A stretch of DNA of 64,000 nucleotides from Chlorobiota bacterium (GCA_013153405.1 JAADEM010000037.1:2202-66201), one strand, 5' to 3'. Numbered from the stretch's first letter, positions 38,169 to 48,469 are shown. Program-made: numbers and translations. Notes: a model not told the origin generated them from the letters alone.

Positions 38169-39560
38169 TTAAATGTGTATAACCTCGCCATAAGCAGCAG
38201 CTGCAGCTTCCATAATAGCTTCCGACATTGTCGGATGGGGATGAACCGATTTAATGATTTCATGGCCTGTGGTTTCCAGCTTACGGGCTGTTACCAGTTC
38301 ACCGATCATCTCGGTAACATTGGCGCCAATCAGATGTGCTCCCAGTAATTCTCCGTACTTAGCATCGAATATCAGCTTCACAAAACCTTCCCTGTGTCCT
38401 GCAGCACTTGCTTTGCCGGAGGCCGTGAACGGGAATTTACCTATTTTAAGTTCATATCCTGCTTCTTTGGCGGCTTTTTCTGTCATTCCTACCGAGGCAA
38501 CTTCAGGTGTTGTATAGGTGCAGGCAGGGATATTTCCGTAATCGAGAGGTTCAGGTTTTTCACCAGCCATCTTTTCAACACAGATTATTCCTTCGGCTGA
38601 TGCAACATGTGCCAGTGCCTGTCCGTGAACTATATCACCTATAGCATAGACTCCTTCTACATTGGTACGGTAATAGTCATCTACCTTTATTTTTCCGTTT
38701 TCTATCTCTATGCCGGCTTCTTCAAGCCCTATGTTTTCAAGGTTTGGTGTAATTCCCACTGCCGAAAGTATAATGTCGGCTTCGTGTTCTTCCTCGCCTT
38801 TTTTTGTTTTGATGACAGCTTTAACTTTATCACCGGATGCGTCAACAGATAAAACTTCTGCATTTGTCATAACCTTGATACCAGCTTTCTTAAATTCACG
38901 TCCCAGTTGTTTTGAAACATCTTCATCTTCCAATGGAACTACATTGGGCAGGTATTCTACCAGTGTAACTTTGGTTCCAATGGCGTTGTAAAACCAGGCA
39001 AACTCACTGCCAATAGCTCCCGAGCCGACAACGATCATCGATTCCGGTTGTTTTTCAAGAGTCATTGCCTTTCGGTATCCGATAACTTTTTCTCCATCCT
39101 GGGGAAGGTTAGGCAACTGTTTGCTTCGGGCTCCGGTTGCTAGGATTATGTTTTTTGCTGAAAGCTCTTGGGTTGTACCGTCGGCAGAGGTTACTTCCAC
39201 TGTTTTGTCTTTTGTGAGTTTACCGGTTCCCTGTATCAGCTCAATCTTATTTTTCTTAAAAAGGAACTGTACTCCTTTGCTCATTCCGGCAGCTACTTCA
39301 CGGCTCCGTTTTACCATTGCATCAAAATCAGCTTTTATGTCACCGGTTACTGTTATACCATAATCACCAGCGTGTTTGATGTACTGGAAAACAGACGCAC
39401 TTTTAAGCAGCGATTTGGTCGGGATACATCCCCAATTGAGACAAATACCGCCAAGTTCGGCTTTTTCCACAACTGCTGTTTTCATTCCAAGTTGTGATGC
39501 GCGAATTGCGGCCACGTAACCACCCGGGCCACTTCCTATTATTATCAAATCAAAATCCAT
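38169..39560 (-). CDS. lpdA: Dihydrolipoyl dehydrogenase
   Basis: Track ORF extends to 39632. The true start is most likely MDFDLIIIGSGPGGYVAAIRA (39560). Redox disulfide GGICLNWGCIPTK; C-terminal HPHPTMSE. Confidence 0.92.
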   Translation of the reverse strand: MDFDLIIIGSGPGGYVAAIRASQLGMKTAVVEKAELGGICLNWGCIPTKSLLKSASVFQYIKHAGDYGITVTGDIKADFDAMVKRSREVAAGMSKGVQFLFKKNKIELIQGTGKLTKDKTVEVTSADGTTQELSAKNIILATGARSKQLPNLPQDGEKVIGYRKAMTLEKQPESMIVVGSGAIGSEFAWFYNAIGTKVTLVEYLPNVVPLEDEDVSKQLGREFKKAGIKVMTNAEVLSVDASGDKVKAVIKTKKGEEEHEADIILSAVGITPNLENIGLEEAGIEIENGKIKVDDYYRTNVEGVYAIGDIVHGQALAHVASAEGIICVEKMAGEKPEPLDYGNIPACTYTTPEVASVGMTEKAAKEAGYELKIGKFPFTASGKASAAGHREGFVKLIFDAKYGELLGAHLIGANVTEMIGELVTARKLETTGHEIIKSVHPHPTMSEAIMEAAAAAYGEVIHI

Positions 39561-39692
39561 TGTGTTAGTTTTAAGTTTGTGAAGCAAATATAAGCTGTTG
39601 AAACCTTCGTTACAATGACAACAAATAAACACAGAACATGTTTAAGGACATAATTCTGCCTGTACAATTCGGTTTTATACCTACGGGCAAAA

Positions 39693-39733
39693 TAAAAACT
39701 GCCTCCGGACATTGCTGTCACAAAGGCAGTTGA
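39693..39733 (-). terminator. Terminator hairpin downstream of 39757-40854
   Basis: AACTGCCT-loop-AGGCAGTT with a flanking A-run (T-run on the minus strand). Confidence 0.55.
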
Positions 39734-39756
39734 TGTTTTCAAACAGTGTACGTTTG

Positions 39757-40854
39757 TTATTTCATAAGCTCTTTAAGTTTATCTTCAAGAGCAGTTCCTC
39801 TCAGGTTTTTTGCAATTATAACTCCGTCTTTGTCAAGAAGCAGAGTTGTAGGAATGCTCATAACACCGTAAAGTGAATGTGAAATATCCTCAGTGTCATG
39901 TCCCTGAAGCCATGTCATGTTATTGTCAGCAACTGCTTTTTTCCATGCATTTTCATCTCTGTCGACAGAAACACTTAAAATCTCAAATCCTTTGTCCTTG
40001 TAGTTTTGATATGCTTTCTGCATATAAGGTATTTCACCTATACACGGTTTACACCATGATGCCCAGAAATCAAGTAAAACATATTTTCCTTTCAGCGATG
40101 AAAGAGTAATCTCTTTACCGTCAATTGTTGGAACTGTAAAATCAGGAGCAGTTTTGCCAATCTGAGTTTTACCTACTACATCAATGTAGTCCTGAATTTC
40201 CTTGTAACCAGGAATAACAGACAGTGTTGTATCAAGTTTGCTGAAAGCATTGTTTAGCTTGTCGAAGTCTTCTCTCATGAAAACAGACTGAACAAGGAAG
40301 AGAGATACCGGTGATGCCGGATTTGCAGCAATAAATGCTTCTGTTTCAGCAAGACGCTTGTCGTTCATCTCCATATACTGATTGTAGATGTCTTCAGCTG
40401 TTTTTTCGTCACCGGCTGCTTTGGCTGCCTGATATTTCTGGCCCAGTTCCTGACTCTGCTTCTGATATTTTTCCATATCCTTGTTGTAAGCAGTAATCAG
40501 ATCCTGAGACTTGGATCCTTTAACCTCAGCTGCGTATAAACTGTCTACACTACCTTCAAATGACATATCGGTGTTTTCTGCAAAAATCTGCATTACAGGT
40601 CTCATCTGACCTTCTTCGATGATGTAAACTTGTTGTGGATAGTCAAGAACTCCGGAGAATTCTACTGTTCCGTTTTCTACTGTTGCTGTATCAAGACCAA
40701 TGAGTTGTTTGCCGTCGAAAGTGGCAACTACATAGGTTTTTCCGTCAGCACCGTCTATTTTTCCTTTAAGAAGGAATCCTCCTTCAGGTTTCTTTGACTG
40801 ACATGAAGCCAGTGTAAATGTTAAAACCAGAATAGAAAATAAAATACTTTTCAT
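39757..40854 (-). CDS. TlpA-family thiol:disulfide oxidoreductase lipoprotein (DUF4369-like N-terminus + thioredoxin fold)
   Basis: Lipobox LTFTLASC. Active site WASWCKPCIGEIP. Confidence 0.85.
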   Translation of the reverse strand: MKSILFSILVLTFTLASCQSKKPEGGFLLKGKIDGADGKTYVVATFDGKQLIGLDTATVENGTVEFSGVLDYPQQVYIIEEGQMRPVMQIFAENTDMSFEGSVDSLYAAEVKGSKSQDLITAYNKDMEKYQKQSQELGQKYQAAKAAGDEKTAEDIYNQYMEMNDKRLAETEAFIAANPASPVSLFLVQSVFMREDFDKLNNAFSKLDTTLSVIPGYKEIQDYIDVVGKTQIGKTAPDFTVPTIDGKEITLSSLKGKYVLLDFWASWCKPCIGEIPYMQKAYQNYKDKGFEILSVSVDRDENAWKKAVADNNMTWLQGHDTEDISHSLYGVMSIPTTLLLDKDGVIIAKNLRGTALEDKLKELMK

Positions 40855-40938
40855 TAATTAATTTTTTTGATGATTATAATTAGAAGCAAACTTATTATTT
40901 ATTCGTGAGAAATAAAAATTACAGATTAAGTAAAGTTT

Positions 40939-40964
40939 AAAGGTTAAACGCTTTTAACCTTTTG
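40939..40964 (-). terminator. Terminator hairpin downstream of 41013-42149
   Basis: AAAGGTTAAACGCTTTTAACCTTTT. Confidence 0.55.
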
Positions 40965-41012
40965 TATAAGTAAAGAGGTTGTAATGATTTTTAATAAGGT
41001 TAATTATGTTGT

Positions 41013-42149
41013 TTATTTAAATATGTCTTCCAGTTTCTTAATAAGAGCGTTACCTCTGAGATTTTTAGCAATAATTTTTCCGTCTTTGTCTATCAGGAAT
41101 GAAGAAGGAATGCTGTTAATTCCGTAAATTTTTGCTACCATGCCGTCAGGGTCGTTGAACTGTGGCCATGTAAGATTATCTTCTTTTATTGCACGTTTCC
41201 AGCTGTTGGTATCGTCATCGAGTGATATGCCCAGTATTTCAAATCCTTTGTTTCTGAATTTCCGGTATGCTTCTACTGTGTAAGGGTTTTCACGCCGACA
41301 TGGCTTGCACCATGATGCCCAAAAATCAATCAGTATATATCTCCCTTTGTATGAAGATAGTGTGATCTTTTTGCCGTTTTTATCCATGAACATAAAATCG
41401 GGGGCAGTACTTCCTATTGCCGTGGCTTTTGAAAGTTTGTCCTGCTGTTCTTTTAATGTAAGTATGCTTTTCAGCTCCTTTACATACGGATGGTTACCTA
41501 TGCTTTTTTCATATCTGCCAATGAGCTTTTTTAATTCATCAACAGATAATGCGTTAACCATTCTTGTTGCCAGGTAGGCACTTACAATTGATGTGTCATA
41601 TCTGAAAACAAAATCTTTGTAATACTTTCTTTGCGCCTCAACTATTCTGGCATTTTCGCGGGTGAGTTTTTTTATAGTGGCTGTATCATTTTCTATTAAG
41701 GCTTTTCTGTAGTCTTTTTGTAATCCGGCTTTTCTGTCTAAAAATGGCATTTCTTTATTAAACTTAATAAACAAATCAGTAACCGGTGAACCTGTAATTA
41801 CTGCTTTGTCCAGGCTGTCGGCAGATGCATAAATTTTAATTTTTTTGTTTTCCAGAAACAGAGCTATTGGAGTGTTTGAGCCACTGTAATATATTAGGTA
41901 AAGAACCGGAGTATCAACTTTACCTGTGAAAATGAATTTGCCGTTATGCAGTTTTGCCGAATCAACTGCAATAGTGGTTTTATTCTGATACTGTTTCAGG
42001 TAAACCGTACCATCGGTTGCCCCTTTAATTTTTCCTTTTATGATATAGCCGTTATTGTTGCAGCTGTATAGAAATATGATAATTAGGGTGAATAAAAAGC
42101 TTTTTAAAGTTATCGCTTTTTTATCTGTACGATTTTTTTCATATGACAT
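41013..42149 (-). CDS. TlpA-family thiol:disulfide oxidoreductase lipoprotein (tandem paralog)
   Basis: Track ORF runs to 42314 and would overlap the meaB 3' end. I prefer MSYEKNRTDKKAITLKSFLFTLIIIFLYSC (42149; alternative 42227). Active site WASWCKPCRRENP. Confidence 0.8.
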   Translation of the reverse strand: MSYEKNRTDKKAITLKSFLFTLIIIFLYSCNNNGYIIKGKIKGATDGTVYLKQYQNKTTIAVDSAKLHNGKFIFTGKVDTPVLYLIYYSGSNTPIALFLENKKIKIYASADSLDKAVITGSPVTDLFIKFNKEMPFLDRKAGLQKDYRKALIENDTATIKKLTRENARIVEAQRKYYKDFVFRYDTSIVSAYLATRMVNALSVDELKKLIGRYEKSIGNHPYVKELKSILTLKEQQDKLSKATAIGSTAPDFMFMDKNGKKITLSSYKGRYILIDFWASWCKPCRRENPYTVEAYRKFRNKGFEILGISLDDDTNSWKRAIKEDNLTWPQFNDPDGMVAKIYGINSIPSSFLIDKDGKIIAKNLRGNALIKKLEDIFK

Positions 42150-42234
42150 AAATTGTGCTGAAATATGTATGGTGTTGTTTTTAGGACATATTGATATATT
42201 GCCGTTGAAAAAGTTTTTTATGCCCATTTTAATT

Positions 42235-43350
42235 TTATTTATTGTCAATCTTTTTGTTGTATCGTTCCAACAGCTGTTTGGCAGCATGGTAAGGACTTGT
42301 TGTATTCCTGGCAACCTGTTTTTCGAGTTCAGGGATGAGCTTTTTTACTTCTTCATTGTTGTAAAAATCGGACATGAGAAACTCGTTTATTGTTTCATAC
42401 ATTCTGTGCTTTGCCTGTCTTTTTCTGTTCAGTTCAAAATAGTTGTTTTCTTTTGTTTTTTTTACGTACTCCTGAATCATGTTCCATACAGGTTTTATTC
42501 CGGTGTTGTACAGAGCTGAACAGATTTCAACTTGTGGCTCCCAACCTGATTCAGGTAGTGGAAACAGATGCAGTGCGTTCTGGTACTGTGATTTTGCAAG
42601 TCTGGCTTTTTCAATATTTGAACCGTCAGCTTTATTAATTGCTATGGCATCTGCCATTTCCATTATTCCTCTTTTTATTCCCTGAAGTTCGTCTCCGGCT
42701 CCTGCAAGCATGAGTAGCAAAAAGAAATCAACCATTGAATGTACTAAGGTTTCCGATTGTCCCACACCTACGGTTTCAATTATAATGGTATCAAATCCGG
42801 CTGCTTCGCAAAGAATTATTGTTTCACGTGTTTTGCGGGCAACGCCACCCAAGGAGCCTGCAGCAGGGGAAGGTCTGATGTAGGCATTTTTTTCAGTCGA
42901 AAGTTTTTCCATTCTTGTTTTGTCTCCAAGTATGCTTCCTTTTGATTTTTCACTTGAAGGGTCTATTGCAAGTACTGCCACTTTATGTCCCTGACTTATT
43001 ATGTGCATGCCGAGAGTTTCAATAAATGTGCTTTTGCCGGCTCCCGGAACACCTGTTATACCTATACGTATGCTGTTGCCTGAATAAGGCAGACATCCTG
43101 AAATTATTTTACCTGCAGTGTCGCGGTGTTCCGGTTTCGAGCTTTCTATCAGGGTAACCGCTCTGCTCAGTGTTGTGAAGTCTCCATTTAAAATGCCGTT
43201 TATATATTCTTCGGGAGAAAGTATTCTTCTTTTTTTTCTGATAAAACGTTTGGCTGCGTCAGGATTTACCGATGGCATCTTGTTCACACCTTTGTTAACT
43301 TTTAGTCCTTTGTATTCCGGGTTGTTTTCGTGGTGTTTCTTTTTTTCCAT
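42235..43350 (-). CDS. meaB: Methylmalonyl-CoA mutase-associated G3E GTPase MeaB/ArgK
   Basis: P-loop GITGVPGAGKSTFIETLG, then VLAIDPSS, and ETVGVGQSE. Start chosen at MEKKKHH (43350) because the upstream terminator hairpin overlaps 43377. Confidence 0.85.
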   Translation of the reverse strand: MEKKKHHENNPEYKGLKVNKGVNKMPSVNPDAAKRFIRKKRRILSPEEYINGILNGDFTTLSRAVTLIESSKPEHRDTAGKIISGCLPYSGNSIRIGITGVPGAGKSTFIETLGMHIISQGHKVAVLAIDPSSEKSKGSILGDKTRMEKLSTEKNAYIRPSPAAGSLGGVARKTRETIILCEAAGFDTIIIETVGVGQSETLVHSMVDFFLLLMLAGAGDELQGIKRGIMEMADAIAINKADGSNIEKARLAKSQYQNALHLFPLPESGWEPQVEICSALYNTGIKPVWNMIQEYVKKTKENNYFELNRKRQAKHRMYETINEFLMSDFYNNEEVKKLIPELEKQVARNTTSPYHAAKQLLERYNKKIDNK

Positions 43351-43373
43351 TTTAGCATGTGATATACGGTGAC

Positions 43374-43416
43374 ACAAAAAAAGCGGAACACCGGGTTTTG
43401 TTTTGATGTTCCGCTA
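43374..43416 (-). terminator. Rho-independent terminator of the DUF1573 gene
   Basis: AGCGGAACA-loop-TGTTCCGCT, followed on the minus strand by TTTTTTT. Confidence 0.7.
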
Positions 43417-43461
43417 ATTTATGGAATACTGAATTAAATATCGTATTCAGCTGCGTTTTTT

Positions 43462-44547
43462 TTACTCTAATGTCACATTGCCTGAAATGCGCAGCAAAAC
43501 AGTTGTGTTCTTAGGATCGTTACTGATTATTGTTATTGATTTGTTCTGGCGACCTTTTTTATGAGCTGAATTGAAAATAGCAGTTATGTATGTGCTTTCT
43601 CCGGGAGCCAGTTCCATTTTTTGAGGTTTAATGGCGGTACATCCGCAAGATGCTTTTATTTTTCTGAAAATTAAAGGTGATTTGCCTGCATTTGTTACTT
43701 TGAATTTATGTTCAACTTTTTCACCTTGTTTAATCTCTCCAAAATTGAACACTTTCTCAGGTATCTCAATTTTTGGTGCATTCTTCATCTGTTCCTCAGA
43801 CCACGAGTCAAAATCTTCAACAATATTGGCACTTACAGCAAGTCGGTTTTTGTAATTACGTTTATCGTTTAATGTAATGAATAAGTTATCCACTACAAAC
43901 CCCCAGTCATTTTTAAGTTTGGCATTATATGTAGCCGATATAACACCCTTTTCACCGGGTTTAAGAGTCTCCGGAAAACATTTTATCGAAAGGTGTTTCG
44001 GAACATTTACAAAACCTATTTTAACAGGAGCGTCGGTTGTGTTGATTATTTTAAGTTGTTCGGTTTTTTTCTGATCAGGTGTCATTCTGGTGAAGGCAAT
44101 ATGTGTTGATTCCAGTCGTATACCTTCCATATTTGCAGGATACTTGTCATTTAAGGTAAGTTCGCGGGGAATTACTTTTCCTGTAATACGTAATATAACC
44201 GAAGCATTTTCTGCATTTGAAGAAACTGTAATTGTTTTGTTGAAGTTGCCGGGACGGTTTTTGGGGTTAAATACCACTTTAATGTTTCCAGAGCCTCCCG
44301 GTGGAATTGGTTTCTTTGTGTAAGTGGGTGTAGTACAGCCGCATGAAGCATTTACTTTGTGTAATATCAATGGCTGACCTCCGGTGTTGGTGAAGTTGAA
44401 TACGTAAGTTTTTAACCCTTCGCTTTCGTTGAATTCTCCGAAGTCGTGTATCTTTTCTTTAAAGTTAATGTATGGTTTTGCATGTTGAGCTATTGCCTGA
44501 ATGCTTAACAGAAAAACAGAAATTGCAATAAATGCTGTTTTTTTCAT
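43462..44547 (-). CDS. DUF1573 domain protein (two copies)
   Basis: Two repeats of the F(D/N)FGE...G....F.(F/V)TN.G..PL......ASCGCT pattern. Confidence 0.75.
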   Translation of the reverse strand: MKKTAFIAISVFLLSIQAIAQHAKPYINFKEKIHDFGEFNESEGLKTYVFNFTNTGGQPLILHKVNASCGCTTPTYTKKPIPPGGSGNIKVVFNPKNRPGNFNKTITVSSNAENASVILRITGKVIPRELTLNDKYPANMEGIRLESTHIAFTRMTPDQKKTEQLKIINTTDAPVKIGFVNVPKHLSIKCFPETLKPGEKGVISATYNAKLKNDWGFVVDNLFITLNDKRNYKNRLAVSANIVEDFDSWSEEQMKNAPKIEIPEKVFNFGEIKQGEKVEHKFKVTNAGKSPLIFRKIKASCGCTAIKPQKMELAPGESTYITAIFNSAHKKGRQNKSITIISNDPKNTTVLLRISGNVTLE

Positions 44548-44790
44548 GACGGTATATTTTTTAGTGTTGAATTTAATGTTATTGGCTTAATACGATTATG
44601 TACCGGTAATGTTTCTTTAATCAACCAAATATTTATCTATGATTGATATATTTTCAGCATTACGTCAAATTAACGAATAAAAGTATCAAATATTATTTTT
44701 ATTAGGGGGGATATGTTCAATTAATTTGTGGATAAACTAATACAAAGTTATTTTTGTCTGTATATGATATGAAAATCTAAATTATAAAAA

Positions 44791-46455
44791 ATGAAAAAGC
44801 TTTTTTACCTAATGTTAATTATTCTGGGGTCCGGAATGGCTTTCTGTTCTTCGCCCTATACAAAATCCGGGAGAGGAGAGGTTAATATTGTTCCGAAACC
44901 TGCAGATGTGACCATCAATGATGGTTTTTTTATTCTTAATCAGGGGACGGCAATTGTTGCCGATAGTGGTACGGAGGTTAATTCCGTGGCAAATTACATG
45001 GCTGATATTTTAAGACCATCCACAGGATACGTATTGGATGTAAAACATGAAGATGCTGAAAGTAACAGAATAAAACTCAGAATTGATAAATCGGTGAAAG
45101 GAAATGAGGGAGTTTATAATCTTGTAGTTGATAAAAATGGGGTTACAATCTCTGCTCCTGAGCCAGTCGGGTTGTTTTACGGAGTTCAGAGCTTAAGGCA
45201 ATTGCTCCCGGTTGAGATTGAAAGAAAGTCGGTTCAGGAAGGTAAAGAGTGGGATATTCCGTTTGTTATTATAAATGATGAGCCGTCGTTCAGGTACAGA
45301 GGGCTTCACCTTGATGTTGGTCGACATTTCTTTCCTCCTTCGTTTATAAAAAAATATATAGATCTTTTAGCCCTTCACAAAATGAATGTTTTTCACTGGC
45401 ACCTTACCGAGGATCAGGGTTGGAGAATAGAGATAAAGAAATATCCAAAGCTTACCGAGGTTGGAAGTGTAAGGAAAGAGACTCTTGTGGGGCATTACGG
45501 GTCAGATAAATACGACGGCAAACCATATGGTGGCTTTTATACTCAGGATGAGGTGCGCGATATTGTGGCTTATGCAAAAGAGCGTTTTATTACCGTTATA
45601 CCCGAGATCGAGATGCCGGGACACTCTTTGGCAGCTTTAGCATCGTATCCGGAACTGGGATGTACCGGCGGGCCGTATGAAGTGGCAACAACCTGGGGTG
45701 TATTTCCCGATGTTTACTGTGCAGGAAATGATCAGGTTTTTACTTTTCTTGAAGATGTTCTGACCGAAGTTATGGATATGTTCCCCAGTGAATACATCCA
45801 CATCGGCGGCGATGAGTGTCCTAAGATAAGGTGGAAGGAGTGTCCTAAATGCCAGGCAAGGATAAAGAATGAGGGATTGAAAAATGAACATGAACTTCAG
45901 AGTTATTTTATTCGTAGAATAGAAAAATTCTTTAATGCTCACGGACGACAAATAATAGGATGGGATGAGATACTTGAGGGAGGACTGGCACCCAAAGCAA
46001 CAGTGATGAGCTGGCGTGGAGAGAAAGGTGGTATTGCAGCAGCAAAACAACATCACGATGTGATTATGACTCCCGGTTTTGCCCTTTATTTTGATCACTA
46101 CCAGGCCGATCCGGCTACACAACCGCTGGCCATCGGCGGATTTACAAATACTAAAACGGTTTATAATTATAATCCATTGCCAAAAGCTTTGAATGAGAAG
46201 GAAGCCGGGTATATTCTCGGGGCCCAGGGTAATGTATGGACAGAATACATGAAAACTCCGGAATATGTGGAATATATGGCATATCCTAGAGCTTGTGCTC
46301 TTGCTGAGATTGACTGGACTCCCGGTGATAAGAAAAACTGGGATGATTTTGTGAAACGAATGGACGTGCATAAAAAACGCCTGAAAGAACTTAACGTGAA
46401 TTATTTTGACGGACCGATGGATGCACAGAATCCCAAAAAGCAGAAAAAGAAATAA
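44791..46455 (+). CDS. Beta-N-acetylhexosaminidase (GH20)
   Basis: RYRGLHLDVGRHFF, HWHLTEDQGWRIEIKKYPKLT, HIGGDECPK. Confidence 0.9.
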   Translation: MKKLFYLMLIILGSGMAFCSSPYTKSGRGEVNIVPKPADVTINDGFFILNQGTAIVADSGTEVNSVANYMADILRPSTGYVLDVKHEDAESNRIKLRIDKSVKGNEGVYNLVVDKNGVTISAPEPVGLFYGVQSLRQLLPVEIERKSVQEGKEWDIPFVIINDEPSFRYRGLHLDVGRHFFPPSFIKKYIDLLALHKMNVFHWHLTEDQGWRIEIKKYPKLTEVGSVRKETLVGHYGSDKYDGKPYGGFYTQDEVRDIVAYAKERFITVIPEIEMPGHSLAALASYPELGCTGGPYEVATTWGVFPDVYCAGNDQVFTFLEDVLTEVMDMFPSEYIHIGGDECPKIRWKECPKCQARIKNEGLKNEHELQSYFIRRIEKFFNAHGRQIIGWDEILEGGLAPKATVMSWRGEKGGIAAAKQHHDVIMTPGFALYFDHYQADPATQPLAIGGFTNTKTVYNYNPLPKALNEKEAGYILGAQGNVWTEYMKTPEYVEYMAYPRACALAEIDWTPGDKKNWDDFVKRMDVHKKRLKELNVNYFDGPMDAQNPKKQKKK

Positions 46456-46472
46456 GCAACTCACCATAATGG

Positions 46473-46501
46473 AAAAAGGCAGCTTAACGGCTGCTTTTTT
46501 T
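46473..46501 (+). terminator. Rho-independent terminator of the GH20 gene
   Basis: AAAAAGGCAGC-TTAACG-GCTGCTTTTTTT. Confidence 0.7.
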
Positions 46502-46544
46502 GTTGCACTGTTAATGTGTTATATTTGTCGGTAAAATTACTGAT

Positions 46545-46913
46545 ATGACAACAATGCAATTGATCCTTGTCCTGATCATCGGTCTGATGGCAGGGATAGT
46601 AAGCGGAGCCCTTGGAGTGGGAGGTGGTATAATCATAGTTCCGGCACTGGTGTTCCTTTTAGGATTTTCACAACATATGGCCCAGGGAACGAGTATTGCG
46701 GTATTAATGCTTCCTACAGGTATTCTTGCTGTAATGCAATATTATAAGAACGGATATGTGAATATTAAGGTTGCTCTGTTGCTGATGTTGTTGTTTGTGG
46801 CAGGTGCTTATCTGGGCAGCTTGTTTTCGATGAGTATTCCGGATAAGTTATTAAGAAAAGTATTTGGGGTTTTTATGCTTTTAGTTTCAATAAAAATGAT
46901 AATGGGGAAATAA
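46545..46913 (+). CDS. Short TSUP (TauE/SafE) family membrane protein
   Basis: 122 aa with four hydrophobic helices. GALGVGGGIIIVPALVFLLG motif. Confidence 0.7.
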   Translation: MTTMQLILVLIIGLMAGIVSGALGVGGGIIIVPALVFLLGFSQHMAQGTSIAVLMLPTGILAVMQYYKNGYVNIKVALLLMLLFVAGAYLGSLFSMSIPDKLLRKVFGVFMLLVSIKMIMGK

Positions 46914-46915
46914 AT

Positions 46916-48118
46916 ATGGATGTACTGGAAAAAATAAGGCAACTGTCGTCTGAATATTTTGATGAAATAGTTGAAATACGAAGACATATTCATAAATATC
47001 CGGAACTTTCATTCGGGGAGGTTGAAACCTCAAAATATGTTCAGGCAAAACTGAATATGTTTGGAATACCTTTCAGAACGGGATTGGCCGGCACCGGTAT
47101 TCTGGGAATGATTGAGGGGTTTGATACAAGCGGAAAGACAATTGCCCTGCGTGCCGATATGGATGCTCTCCCCATTAATGAGAAAACAGGCCTTCCTTTT
47201 TCATCAAGAAACAAAGGAGTTATGCATGCCTGCGGTCATGATGCACATACGGCAGCATTGCTTGGAGCAGCAAAGATACTCAATGAGATTAAGGATGAAT
47301 GGAGTGGCAGGGTTCTGCTTGTGTTTCAGCCGGGAGAGGAAAAAGACCCGGGTGGGGCAAAGCTCATGCTTGAGGATGGCGTGTTTGATGATTACAGGCC
47401 CGATGTGGTGATAGGGCAGCATGTATTGCCTGAAATGGAAACCGGACATGTCGGATTTAAAGAGGGTATGTATATGGCAAGCGGTGATGAAGTGCATATA
47501 ACGGTAAAAGGAAAAGGCGGACACGCTGCAATGCCTCATATGCTTAACGATACAGTGCTGATTGCATCACAGATAATAGTGAACCTGCAACAGGTAGCCA
47601 GCCGCTTTGTTCCGGCAGGAATTCCGGTTGTGCTTTCGTTTGGCAAGGTGACAGCCAATGGCGCAACAAACATTATTCCTGAAAAAGTGAAAATATCGGG
47701 TACATTAAGGATAATGAATGAGGAGTGGCGCGAGAAAGCAAAACAAAAAATAAAGGATATTGCTGCCAATACTGCGGCAAGTATGGGGGCAGAAGCAGTA
47801 GTTGATATTCGTGACGGTTATCCTGTTGTGTTCAACGATGTGAGATCAACACGTATTGCGTATATTGCTGCACGAAATTTTGCCGGAAAAGAAAATGTAG
47901 AAGTGATGGATATAAGGATGACTGCCGAAGATTTCGGTTTCTATTCAAAATCGTATCCGAGTGTGTTTTACCGTTTCGGAGTAAAGCAGAATGAGGGTGA
48001 AACAGGACGATTACATACTTCAACATTTAACCTTAATGAAGAAGCTTTGCGAACTGCATCCGGTACTATGGCGTGGATTGCATTCAGTTTTCTGACTGAT
48101 AGTGTCGAATATATTTAG
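46916..48118 (+). CDS. M20/M25/M40 family amidohydrolase (N-acyl-amino acid amidohydrolase type)
   Basis: HKYPELSFGE, ALRADMDALP, MHACGHDAHTAALLGAAKIL. Confidence 0.85.
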   Translation: MDVLEKIRQLSSEYFDEIVEIRRHIHKYPELSFGEVETSKYVQAKLNMFGIPFRTGLAGTGILGMIEGFDTSGKTIALRADMDALPINEKTGLPFSSRNKGVMHACGHDAHTAALLGAAKILNEIKDEWSGRVLLVFQPGEEKDPGGAKLMLEDGVFDDYRPDVVIGQHVLPEMETGHVGFKEGMYMASGDEVHITVKGKGGHAAMPHMLNDTVLIASQIIVNLQQVASRFVPAGIPVVLSFGKVTANGATNIIPEKVKISGTLRIMNEEWREKAKQKIKDIAANTAASMGAEAVVDIRDGYPVVFNDVRSTRIAYIAARNFAGKENVEVMDIRMTAEDFGFYSKSYPSVFYRFGVKQNEGETGRLHTSTFNLNEEALRTASGTMAWIAFSFLTDSVEYI

Positions 48119-48253
48119 TTGATCCAGATAACCACATATCAATATATGCTAATTTGTGGATTTTTTTACTGTTTTCCTGATATTTAATCTATTTGGAAAG
48201 AATAAAAATTGAATATTTAACCTGTAATTTTTTTTTTATCGGAAAAAAGCGCA

Positions 48254-48261
48254 TAATTTTG
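48254..48261 (+). promoter_or_regulatory. Bacteroidota-type -7 promoter box TAATTTTG for the ferredoxin gene
   Basis: Exact match to the TAnnTTTG consensus, 41 nt upstream of the ATG at 48302. Confidence 0.4.
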
Positions 48262-48301
48262 CCTTTGCTTTTTTGAATTTTAAAACTAAAATCGAAGAAA
48301 A

Positions 48302-48469
48302 ATGGCATACGTAATTAATGAAGATTGTATTGCTTGTGGTACTTGCATCGATGAGTGTCCTGTAGACGCTATTTCTGAAGGTGATATCTATAAGATTGAT
48401 CCTGAAGCTTGTACTGACTGTGGTTCTTGTGCAGAAGTTTGTCCTACTGACGCTATTCATCCTGCATAG
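48302..48469 (+). CDS. fdx: 2x[4Fe-4S] ferredoxin (55 aa)
   Basis: Below the track's size cut-off. Hand translation: MAYVINEDCIACGTCIDECPVDAISEGDIYKIDPEACTDCGSCAEVCPTDAIHPA, with two C-x2-C-x2-C-x3-CP motifs. It is followed by a terminator. Confidence 0.9.
   Translation: MAYVINEDCIACGTCIDECPVDAISEGDIYKIDPEACTDCGSCAEVCPTDAIHPA

Noticed and set aside
39561-39632. N-terminal extension of lpdA (MFICCHCNEGF...)
   Set aside because: The canonical FAD-binding start MDFDLIIIGSGPGG begins at 39560, and the extension has no counterpart in Lpd proteins. Similar extensions were trimmed for dnaB (63819-63995), the HAD gene (61513-61575), both sulfatases, gldB and the second TlpA gene.
45637-46467. 276-aa minus-strand ORF
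   Set aside because: It is antisense inside the GH20 hexosaminidase gene, is Cys/Phe/Ile-rich with no motifs, and is a shadow ORF.
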